This document shows positions 48,442 through 64,000 of a DNA stretch of 64,000 bases, one piece after another. The notes beneath the pieces were generated by a model, which did no database searches, was not told the origin of the DNA, and was given only the letters and a program-made list of their open reading frames with translations. Every line of letters begins with the position of its first letter. Position 1 is the first letter of the stretch. The DNA lies in assembly GCF_009914755.1 (NCBI RefSeq), contig NC_060939.1; one strand, given 5' to 3'. The DNA is from the human T2T-CHM13v2.0 reference genome, Homo sapiens. Position numbers and translations under genes: made by a program.

Positions 48442-48743
48442 TTTTTATTTTTTTTTGAGACAGGGTGAAGTGCAGTGGCGTCCAGGTTGGAGTGCAGTGA
48501 TGCTATCTTGGCTCACTCTAGCCTCGGCCTCCCAGGCACAAGCAATCCTCCCACCTCAGCCACCCGAGTAGCTGAGACTACAGGTGTGCATCATCACGTG
48601 TGGCTAATTTTTGTATTTTTTTTTGTAGAGACAAGGTTTTGCCATGTTGCCCAGGCTGGTCTTGAACTTCTGAGCTCAAGCGATCTGCCTGCCTTGGCCT
48701 TCCAAAGTGCTGAGATTACAGGCATGAGCTACCGTGCCTAGTC
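48442..48743 (-). mobile_element. AluJ
   Basis: J pattern caagcaatcctcccacctcagcc and tgagctcaagcgatctgcc. Confidence 0.9.
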
Positions 48744-49112
48744 TACATTTCTTTCTCTAAGCTCAACTGGGACCTGGGGACACTAGTATCTCACAGACTC
48801 ATTAGATCTACTCTTGATTCATAATCCAAATTGGCATATTTAATGCACTATAAAGCCATAAGTAAATGCGTTTGATTTCAACTTAATACCTTTCAATTTT
48901 ATTTAACCACAAACACTTTTTTCTAGGAAGACCTATGAACTCTCATGATATGCTAGTACTCTGTGGAACACAGTGTGGGGAATGCTTCTCTAAACCAAAC
49001 TCAGATCTTTGAATGCATACTGTTGGTGTTGGCTCTTGGAGGCCATCTTTCAGTTCAGTGAATTTTGTCAGGAGAAATGGTCCTTGCTAGATGACTATGT
49101 GCATATTATCAC

Positions 49113-51305
49113 TTACATGGTTTGGCTCTGTGTCTTTCCCTGCTGTTCTCGTAATAGTGAATAAGTCTCACAAGACTTGATGGTATCATAAGGAGGAGTT
49201 TCCCTGCCCAATCTCTCTTTTTGCCTGCTGCCATCCACGTAAGACATGACTTGCTCCTCCTTGCCTTCTACCATGATTGTGAGGCTTCCCCAGCCACGTG
49301 GAACTGTCAGTCCAATTAAAACTCTTTCTTCTGTAAATTGCCCAGTCTCAGGTATGTCTTCATCAGCAGCATGAAAACAGACTAATACAGCAAAACAGCA
49401 GAGAGGGGTGCTGCTGAAAAGATACCCAAAAATGTGGAAGTGACTTTGGAACTGGGTAACAGGCAGAGGTTGGAACAGTTTGGAGGGCTCAGAAGACAGG
49501 AAAATGTGGGAAAGTTTGGAACTTCCTAGATACTTGTTGAATGGCTTTGACCAAAAGCCTGATAGTGATATGGACAATACAGTCCAGGCTGAGGTGGTCT
49601 CAGATGGAGATGAGGAACTTGTTGGGAATTGGAGCAAAGGTGATTCTTGTTATGTTTTAGCAAAGAGACTGGCAGCATTTTGCCCCTGTCCTAAAGATTT
49701 GTGGAACTTTGAACTTGAGAGAGATGATTTAGGGTATCTGGTGGAAGAAATTTCTAAGCAGCAAAGCATTCAAGATGTGACTTGGGTGCTATTAAAGGCA
49801 TTCAGTTTCAAAAGGCAAAGACAGCAAAAATGTTTGGAAAATTTGCAGCCTGACAATGCAATAGAAAAGAAAATCCCATTTTCTGAGGAGAAATTCAAGC
49901 CAGCTGCAGGTAATGAGGAGTGAATTTTCATCACCAAGACAATGGGGAAAATGTCTCCAGGGCATGTCAGAGACCTTTGCGCAGTCCCTCCCATCACAGG
50001 CCTGGAGGCTTAGGAGGAAAAAGTGGTTTCACGGGCTGGGCCCAGGGTCCCCATGCTGTGTGCAGCCTAGGAACTTGATGCCCTGTGTCCCAGCTGCTCC
50101 AGCCTTGGCTGAAAGGGGCCATCATAGAGCTTGGGCTGTGGCTTCAGAGGGTGCAAGCCTGAAGACTTGGCAGCTTCCTCATGGTGTTGAGCCTGTGAAT
50201 GCACAGAAATCATGAATTGAAGTTTGGGAACCTCTGCCTAGATTTCACAAGATGTATGGAAATGCCTGGATGCCCAAGCAGAAGTTTACTGTAGGGGTGG
50301 GGTCCTCATGAAGAACTTCTGCTAGGGCAGTACAGAAGGGAAATGTGGGGTGGGAGCCACCACACAGGGTCCCTACTGGGACACTGCCTAGTGGAGCTGT
50401 GAGAAGAGGGCCACCGTCCTCCAGACCCCAGAATAGTAGATCCATTGACAGTTTGCACCGTGCGCCTGGAAAAGCTGCAGACACTCATCGTCAATGTGTG
50501 AAGGCAGCTGGGAGGGAGGCTGTACCCTGCAAAGCCACAGGGGCGGAGCTGCCCAAGACTATGGGAACCTACTTCTTGCATCAGCATGACCTGGATGTGA
50601 GACATGGAGTCACAGGAGATCATTTTGGAGCCTTAAGATTTGACTGCCCTGTTGGATTTCAGACTTGCATAGGGTTTGTAGCCCCTTTGTTTTGGCCAAT
50701 TTCTCCCATTTGGAATGGCTGCACTTACCTAATACCTGTACCCACTTTGTATCTAGAAACCACTTGCTTTTTGACTTTACAGGCTCATAGGCAGACGGGA
50801 CTTGCCTTGTCTCTGATAAGACTTTGGACCGTGGACTTCTGAGTTAATGCTGAAATGAGGTGAGACTTTGGAGGACTGTTGGGAAGGCATGATTGGTTTT
50901 GAAATGTGAAGATATTAGATTTTGGAGAGGCCGGGGGCAGAATGATATGGTTTGGCTCTGTGACCCCACCCAAATCTCATCTTGTAGTTCCCATAATTCC
51001 CACATGTTGTGGGAGGGATCTGGTGGGAGATAACTGAATCATGGGGGTAGGTCTTTCCCATGCTGTTCTTGTGATAGTGAGTAAGTCTCATGAGATCTAA
51101 CAGGATCATAAGGGGGAGTTTCCCTGACCAATCTGTTTGCCTGCTGCCATCCACATATGACATGACTTGCTCCTCCTTGCCTTCTGCCATGATTGTGAGA
51201 CTTCCCCAGCCATATGGAACTGTCAGTCCAATTAAACCTCTTTCTTTTGTAAGTTGCCCAGTCTTGGGTATGTCTTTATCAGCAGCGTGACAATGGACTA
51301 ATACA
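49113..51305 (+). mobile_element. Two-LTR THE1B MaLR element: 5' LTR 49113-49389 (internally deleted), internal region, 3' LTR 50943-51305
   Basis: Both LTRs end actaataca; perfect TSD atcac at 49108-12 and 51306-10; THE1-int sequence between the LTRs. Confidence 0.93.
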
Positions 51306-51377
51306 ATCACTGATGTCTTTCCATGAACTTAAGAAACTGGTAGCGAGACCTTTTTTTTTGAACTTTTGAAAGTTTTA

Positions 51378-51682
<305 letters not shown>

Positions 51683-51794
51683 GTTTTAATGTTTGAAACT
51701 TTTACTAAAGTTTTGAACTTTAGGAACTCATAGCTGAGACGTTGAGGATAGATCTGGATTTAGTCATGAAAAATTTAGAGAACAACTTTTAGAA

Positions 51795-53545
51795 ATTGGA
51801 TAGGAAGACTCAATGTTGTCAAGATGTGAATTCTTCCCAACTTGATATCCAGATTCAATGTAATCCTAATAAAAATCTCAGGAAGTTATTTTGTGGATAT
51901 TGACAAACTGATTCTAAAGTTTGTATGGAGAGGCAAAAGATCCAGAATAGCCAATGAAATATGGAAGGAAAAGAACAAAATTGGAGGACTGATACTACCC
52001 AACTTGAAGACTTACAATAAAGCTACAGTAATTAAGACAGTGTGGCAGTGGCAAAAGAAGAGACAAAGAGATCATGGAACAGAATAGAGAGCCCAGAAAT
52101 AGGCCCACATAAATACAGTCCACTGATCTTTGGCAAAGGAGCAAAGGCAATACAATGAAGAAAAGACAGTTTTTTCAACAAACCGTGCTGGAAAAATTGG
52201 ACATCACGTGCAAAAAAAAAAAAAAAAAAAAAAAGATTTCAGACACAGACCTTATACCCTTCACAAAAATTGACTAAAAATGTGTTATAGACCTAAATGT
52301 AAAATAAAAACTAGCTGAGCGCAGTGGCTCACACCTATAATCCCAGCACTTTGGGAGGCCCAGGTAGGCAGATCACCTGAGGTCGGGAGGTCAAGACCAG
52401 CCTGACCAACATGGAGAAACCCCGTCTCTACTAAAAATACAAAATGAGCCGGGCATGGTGGCACATGCCTGTAATCCCAGCTACTAGGGAGGCTAAGGCA
52501 GGACAATTGCTTGAATCTGGGAGGCAGAGGTTGGTGAGACGAGATTGTACCATTGCACTCTGGCCTGGGCAACAAGAGCAAAACTCCATCTCAAAACCAA
52601 AACAAAACAAAACAACACTGCAAAACTATAAAACTCCTAGAACATGACACAGGAGAAAATCTAGATGACCTTGGACTTGGTGATGACTTTTTAGATATAT
52701 CACCAAAGGCACAATCCATGAATGACAGAAATGATAAGCTGGATTTCATTAAAATTAAAAATTTCTGCTCTGCAAAAGACATTGTCAAGAGAATTAAAAG
52801 AAAAGCCGCAGACTGGGAGAAAATCTTACAAAAGACATATTGAATTAAGGACTGTTATCCAAAATATGCAAAGACCTCTTAAAAACTCAACAATAAGAAA
52901 ATAAACAAATTGATTTTAAAAATGGGCCAGTAACTTTGACACCTCACCAAAGAAGATACACAGATGACAAGCCCATGGAAAGATGCCCCATATCATATAT
53001 CACCAGGGAAATACAATTTAAAAGAACCATGAGATACCACTACACACCTATTAGACTGCCCTAAATCCAGAATGCTGAAAACATCAAGTACTGGCTTGGA
53101 TACTTGATGGATATGAAGGATATGGAGTGACAGAAACTCTCGTTCATTGCTGGTGGGAATGTAAATGGTATAGCCATTTTGGAAGGCAGTTTGGTGGTTT
53201 CTTACAAAACTAGTGGTTGCCAGAGTTTAGGGGGAAGGAGAGATGAATAGGCAGAGCATGGAGGATTTTTAGGGCAGTGAAGCCACTCTGCGTGATATTA
53301 TAATGGTAAATACATGATGTTATAAGTTTGTGCAAACCCACAGAATGTACAATGCCAAGAGTGAACCTGAATGTCAACTATGGACTTTAGGTGATAATGA
53401 TGTGTCAATGTAGGCTCATCAATTATAACAAATGTATGACTCTGGTGAGGGAGGCTATGCATGGTGGGGGGCAGGGGCTATATCTTTGTACATGCCACTC
53501 AATTTTGCTGTGAACCTAAAACTGCTAAAAAAAAAAAAAGAAAAG
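51795..53545 (+). mobile_element. L1MC/L1MD-like 3' portion
   Basis: Degenerate ORF2 C-terminal peptides (ORFs 51842.. and 52553..); 3' end aaacccacagaatgtacaatgccaagagtgaacc. Confidence 0.85.
52313..52615 (+). mobile_element. AluSp-like, nested in the L1
   Basis: Sp diagnostics gaggtcgggag and cctgaccaacatggagaaacc. Confidence 0.92.
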
Positions 53546-53566
53546 AAAAGCCTATTAAAAAGTTTG

Positions 53567-53873
<307 letters not shown>

Positions 53874-54184
53874 CTATTCTGTAAAATGAGAGTAAAATAA
53901 TGTAAAAAGCTGGCATGGTTTGTACAAAACTGCTTCATTTAAGAACAAACAAAGAAAAAACTGCTGGTGGCGAGGTACATCAAAAACAATTCTGTGGCAG
54001 AATGTTAATATGAATCCATATGAACTTCCTCCTACTAGTTTAATTTCTGGACATTTACCCCTGGAAATAATTCAAGAAACTACAAAAGGTTTTTGTATAA
54101 GAATATTTACAGTTATTGATACTAACAAAAGTTGTAAACCCACCAGTGTGCCTATGCTAAGTAAATGTTGCCGTGAGCCACACA

Positions 54185-55057
<873 letters not shown>

Positions 55058-55279
55058 TGGTTTCTGTTCTTATCATCACCCCAGTATTCACCTCAACAAA
55101 GTCATCAATGAAAGAAAAAGAAAAGAAAAATAACATAAAAGGAAAGGAAAGAGAAAATTAAAAACATCCATATTTAGCACTATGTATCAGGCACTGTGCT
55201 AAGCTCTTTACAAACTTATTTATCCTCTCTAGAATTCTATGTCCTCCAAAACAGTGAAAGGTATCAAAAAAGGGAGGGA

Positions 55280-55591
<312 letters not shown>

Positions 55592-55609
55592 GGGACAGAG
55601 GACACTACT

Positions 55610-56240
55610 TTCATTTTCCCTTTTCCTCTTGTTTTCCTGGCAGTCTTCCTCTGTTTCATTTGCTAGGTAATCCTTCTTTACTTCAGCCATGAATACTGAA
55701 ATTCCTCAAGAATCTGTCATCAGTTCTTTTCTCTCTCCATCAACTCTCCCTAGGTGATCTCGTCCTCTCCCAGGGCAATCACTGTGTGTAAGTGGATAAC
55801 TTTCTGACCTATATTTTGAGCACCAGCCCCAATTATCTAACTGCCTATTGTCATTTCCACTTGTACGCCTCACAGGCATCTCAGGCTCATCACCTAAAAC
55901 ACAGCTTGCCATCTCTCCATCACCCAGTCACACACCAGTTCCCTGGTAGAAATGGCACAAATATCTACTCAGCAGTCCAGGCCAGAAACCTGGGAGTCAT
56001 CTATAACTCTTCCCTTCCTTCTTTCCCCCACATCCAATCAATCTCCATGTCCTATCAATTCTGCCTCCTAAATCTTTCCTATATCCATCTACTTCTCTTC
56101 ATCTCCACTATCTTCATCCTAGTTCAAGCTACCATCATTCTCAGCTTTGGCTACCTCAATAGCTTCCTAAGTGGTCTAGTTCTATGGTTGACACAACCTC
56201 CCCAATCCATTCTCTACAAATCATCCAGAACAATCTTTCT
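55610..56240 (+). mobile_element. L2 fragment
   Basis: ctccctaggtgatctc; caggccagaaacctgggagtcatc; cacatccaatcaatc; tcaagctaccatcattctc. Confidence 0.8.
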
Positions 56241-56623
56241 TAAGTATTGGTTTTGAATGTGAGCATGCCATTTATTGGGTATGTACTCCTGGGCATATCA
56301 CTCAACCTCTCTAATTCTTGGCTTCCTTATCTACAAATGGGAAATAATCATGTGTCACAGGGTGGTAATAATGATTAAAAGAGACAATCCAGATAAAGTG
56401 AGAAAAAGGGGCACTCTAACAAACTGTGAGTAGGAGTATAAATTGTCAGACAAATTAAAATAAGAAATATTAATGAAGTACTCTCAGGACCTTGTCACTG
56501 TATCTCACTTCAAATAACAAGAATGGATTGGTCTGTATCTTACAACTTTTACAGGAAAAAATTATCAGAAAAACTTTCTTAAAAGTGCCTTTGGCATGAT
56601 ACAATATAAAGACATAAAACTCA

Positions 56624-57183
<560 letters not shown>

Positions 57184-57576
57184 ACACACTCACTGAGGAA
57201 TCTTATAAAGTAGACTAGCAGCTAACAGACATAACTCTAGGTGGCTTCAGGTGAAGACTTTAGAATGTAGAAAAAAAGAGTCCTTATCAGTTGGGTAACA
57301 TACGCTCTAAATAGATATTAAAGGATAAAGCAACCCCCTTTAGAGCATCTCAGGCTGTTTGTGGTTTGTGCAACTACTAACAGGGGACAAGTACCAGCAC
57401 TTGCCCACGTGACCACCTGATAAGAACACCTTTGTTGAGCATCTACTCTAGGCCAACTGTTGTCCTTATCTAGAGCAAATGACAAAGCCAGGCATTTTCA
57501 GAGCTGCTGTGCCACTTGTGTCTATGAAAAGCATTGGGCCTAGAACAGCTTTGGTAGCCAGGACCTTGTAGCTTAC

Positions 57577-57754
57577 CTGGAGGAAGTGGTTGATGGATAC
57601 ATCGTGGAGTCCCAGGGCTTGCTCTACACCTGCTAATTCTCTCAATATGGGTACACACTCACGACTTGTTTCACCTTTACTGATCTCAACATATTCCAAA
57701 GCTGCTTGATAGTGGGACAAAGCTTCTTTTGACTTCTTCTGACCTTGATACACC
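57577..57754 (-). CDS. TTC23: TTC23 internal coding exon (178 bp, phase 2->0): (Q)VYQGQKKSKEALSHYQAALEYVEISKGETSRECVPILRELAGVEQALGLHDVSINHFLQ
   Basis: On the minus strand the acceptor is ttttttag|G GTG TAT and the donor is CTC CAG|gtaagc. The peptide has TPR-like helices and matches the human TTC23 sequence as I recall it. Partly seen in ORF 57466..57753. Confidence 0.96.
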
Positions 57755-57899
57755 CTAAAAAAATCAAAGGAATTATTTTATTTAATAATTAAAATAGAAA
57801 ATACTGAAAATATAGGTGAGCTGGTAGTTGGGATGTGACTCTTTGATCCCTGGTGTTCAGGTTCGTTTCCTTGCTAACTAAGCATTTCCTCCAAGAGCC

Positions 57900-58120
57900 A
57901 GCAGGGCATGGTGGTTAAGAAGATGGGTTCTGGAATCACCAGGAAGGTTCAAGTCCTGGCTTCACCACTGACTAGATGTACGATCTTCCAGTCACTCAGT
58001 TTCCTCATTTGTGAGTTAAGGATAACAGTGCCCACACTTCATTGGGTTATTAAGAAGATTAAATTAATTGATATTCATAAAACACCTAGAATAACCTCTA
58101 ATACACAGTAAGTGCTATAT
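57900..58120 (+). mobile_element. MIR
   Basis: gcatggtggttaagaagatgggttctggaatc...ctcagtttcctcatttgtg...acacagtaagtgct. Confidence 0.8.
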
Positions 58121-58229
58121 GGGTAGGTATTGGTTTAAAAACTGTTAAATACTTTACAAAACAATGACAGCAACCATCAAGGAAAGGATGCTGAGATGCT
58201 AATAACTGATCTGTTGAGAAATTTTAGAA

Positions 58230-58820
58230 ATTTCCCAGTATTGGGAAGGATGTGAAGCACTCTCATCAACTGTTGAGGAGAATATAGTTTGGGCATAAAC
58301 TTTTCTATATCAAATCATACACATATATGTACACACACACGCACATACACACATACAATTTTGCGAATTCCAATTCTAGGAATTTATCTTGAAGTGATAC
58401 TCTGGCAGGGCAAGAAGATATATATATAGAACATTTACCTTAGCATTCTCTATAATGGTGGAAAAGTCCAAAGCACTTAAAATGCACCAACAGGAGACTG
58501 TGCAAGCAGGTTACAGTAAGTACATCTATACTGTGGAATGCCACGTAGCCATGAAAATTAGTGCTGATCCATATTTATTGACACAGAAGTTTACCCATTC
58601 TATATACTTCAGTGAAAAGGCAGGCTACAAAATATTCTGTATATCATCTCAGGCATGTGAAAACTGTATATCTAATTTGCATGTACACATATGCACAGAA
58701 AGATGGCAAAAGCCATTGCTATGTTAGCAATACTTATCTCTAAGCTGTTAGACTGTAATTTTACATTTCATGTTTGTGCTTTTCTAAATTTCCCAAACTT
58801 CTATGAAAATGTGTTACTTT
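58230..58820 (+). mobile_element. L1ME-like 3' fragment
   Basis: caattctaggaatttatc; catctatactgtggaatgccacgtagcc. Confidence 0.55.
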
Positions 58821-59622
58821 TATATCATAAAAATGCTAATTTAGAAATTATAAGTAAAGGTGGCAGTGCGAAAATATTTCTATACCTTCTTAGAATAAGA
58901 ATCTCTCATATAAAAAATGTATCCTTACATATTTTTCAGCAAACACAGCACATATTTAAAAATAATCTTCTCCAGCATATTTGTTAAGACTATTAGGAAC
59001 CTTTTCTTTCATGGAAAAATTTTATGTGCAAAATTTATAATCCCTCCTATGTTGCCCTCCACTCCAGAACTTTTAATACCAAAAGGCCTTGTGATTCCCA
59101 AACTGCCCAAGAGAAAGCTAAAAGACTACAAAAAATAGGTATTATTTTCACCTCAACCACTGGGTATTTTTCACACCTATTTTTGCTCTCCAGAGGAATT
59201 AACTGATAGAAGTAAAGATACTTTTCGGATCTGTGGTCCAGATGGCCACAGTGGAATAAAATGCTGATTGAACAGTTTATTAATCTGGATACCTTCTATA
59301 ATTGTGAAGAGGTTTAAAAACTCAGGAAGACTTCAGGGACTAAGGAGGGCTACAGCTTGTAGAAACTCTAATCTGGGAAGGAAAAAGATTAATAGGCGAC
59401 CCAGTAATACCGGTCTTCCTTTCTGTGGGCTTCCTTTCTGATGCTGAAGGAGCTTAGAATGTCGGGAGTAATCCTTAGTTTTGTAAATATCATACTTTAT
59501 ATTTGAAGAGAAAACCCATTAGAACCTTTGGTGATAGAAAGTCTCAGAAACATATGGTTGGTAAGAAATCATTTAGCCAAAGACTTAGATTCCGTGGTAG
59601 ACAAAGCTTAAATAACTAAAAA

Positions 59623-59835
59623 TGGGGGTCAGCAAACTATGGTGTGGGGGCCAAATCTGCTGCTTTTGTAAATAAAGTTTTATTGGCACAATGCCATGCC
59701 CATTCGTTTACATATCATCCATGGCTGCTTTTGAAATATGACAAGAGTTCATTGGTTGCCACAGAAACCATATGGCCTACAACATCTGAAATACTTATTA
59801 TCTGGGCTTTTAGGGAAAAAGTTTGCTGACCTCTG
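59623..59835 (-). mobile_element. MER58A
   Basis: ggggtcagcaaactatgg...tttgtaaataaagttttattgg...aaagtttgctgacctctg. Confidence 0.85.
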
Positions 59836-60974
59836 GTCTAGAATCTAGAGAAAGTTACATACTTCTAAAATGATTTCAGATTTTTTTCCACCTAATTTAG
59901 CCTAGAGAACTCAGACAATGCCAGGGATATTTGAGAGAAGGAAAAAAATATTCATCTTTTTCCTCGTCATGTTCATAAAAGATGCAGTGTGCCATTGAAG
60001 TAAAGAATGGATCCTCTGTTTCCCAGACTACCCGTAAAAGTCACAGAAGAGAAATGAAGGAAGTACAAACACCAAGATAATTTCATCTGGGCAACTGCTT
60101 TTAAAGAAAGCAGTATTTAAAGTTTAGTAATCAAGCTCATAAATGAGCAAAAAAGAAAACAATAACAAGGCATGCATTCATTGATATATAAAAAATTCCT
60201 TCTTTCCTGAGATAAGCCACTAAAGAAAAGTGTTTGGGGGTTTGTTAATAGGTGAAGACCACGGAAAACTTGTAGCCACCTACTAGCTATCTCAGCCAAA
60301 AGCACAGCATATCATCCCAAGTTAACACCAGGTCACCTTTTCAGGTCTCAAAAGTCATCCTTCAAATAATACCTGACTCCCAGAGAAAATGTTATGGAAA
60401 ATAACAGAAAATGAGAGGCAGGAGAATCAGTTGTAAGTAAGCAGCAGTAGAAAACCCAAACTGTAGTCCAAGCAGCCTTGTTGACAAAGCTTCGACAAAA
60501 ACAAAATGTCTTGAACCTTGGTTCCGTCATCTGAACACACTGGTTGTTGTGAGAATTGAATAAGATGTCCGTGAAAGTGCTTTGCAGACAGAAGCACATC
60601 ACACAGATTAGTATTAAATGTCTACACATAATCATATCTTTTACTCTTTCTCCTCCCAACCTGCACACCATATGCAACAGCCTCAGTTTGTTCCCATGTT
60701 GAAATGGGCTCAATTGTGATCTGAGCTCCACCCCAACACCAACCACATAAGAGTTTGGAAAGTCCAAATAATAGGCAAAATCAGAGAAACTGATTGGAAC
60801 TATTGTGCAAATGAGGTGGGCATTTTCTTATCCAATTGAACTTTAAAAAAACAGAATAATGTATTATAAGAATACATACTCATCACCAAAAGTAAGAACG
60901 CATAAATAAAAACAAAAGATATATAAAAGGAGGTACCATGTACACCAAAGCTCCAAGTGGATTAGAGGACAAAT

Positions 60975-64000
<3,026 letters not shown>

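Noticed and set aside
49480-50842. 100-174 aa ORFs in THE1 internal regions (also 40678-42284)
   Set aside because: Fragmented remnants of the non-autonomous MaLR internal region; no intact retroviral gene.

Overview
Human (primate) genomic DNA lying entirely inside the minus-strand gene TTC23 (tetratricopeptide repeat protein 23; 15q26.3 from memory). Four consecutive internal coding exons were found with exact GT-AG boundaries and consistent phases: 57577-57754, 32709-32814 (not recovered by the ORF track), 19401-19528 and 13808-13957. Together they encode ...VYQGQKKSKEALSHYQAALEY...GARKKLKK. The start and stop codons lie outside the window. The rest is intronic and dense in interspersed repeats: about 24 Alus, old L1M fragments, L2, MIR, MaLR LTR elements (a two-LTR THE1B, a 5'-deleted THE1D-like element, and solo THE1/MST/MLT1 LTRs), an MLT2 LTR and MER2/MER58 DNA transposons. 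There are no prokaryotic-type systems, CRISPR arrays, structural RNA genes or CpG islands. The most interesting observations are retrotransposition fossils. The first is an Alu apparently inserted with 61 nt of foreign 3' flank ending in TTT plus a second poly(A), all inside one target-site duplication (TSD); this is a candidate Alu 3' transduction of a Pol III transcript. Two sites were hit twice at exactly the same target: an Alu-Alu tandem beside a hairpin, and an MLT1E-MLT1A tandem. There is also a 104-bp local duplication embedded in a microsatellite and a tailless 47-bp Alu fragment. Repeat subfamily calls were made by eye from remembered consensus sequences and need RepeatMasker/Dfam confirmation.
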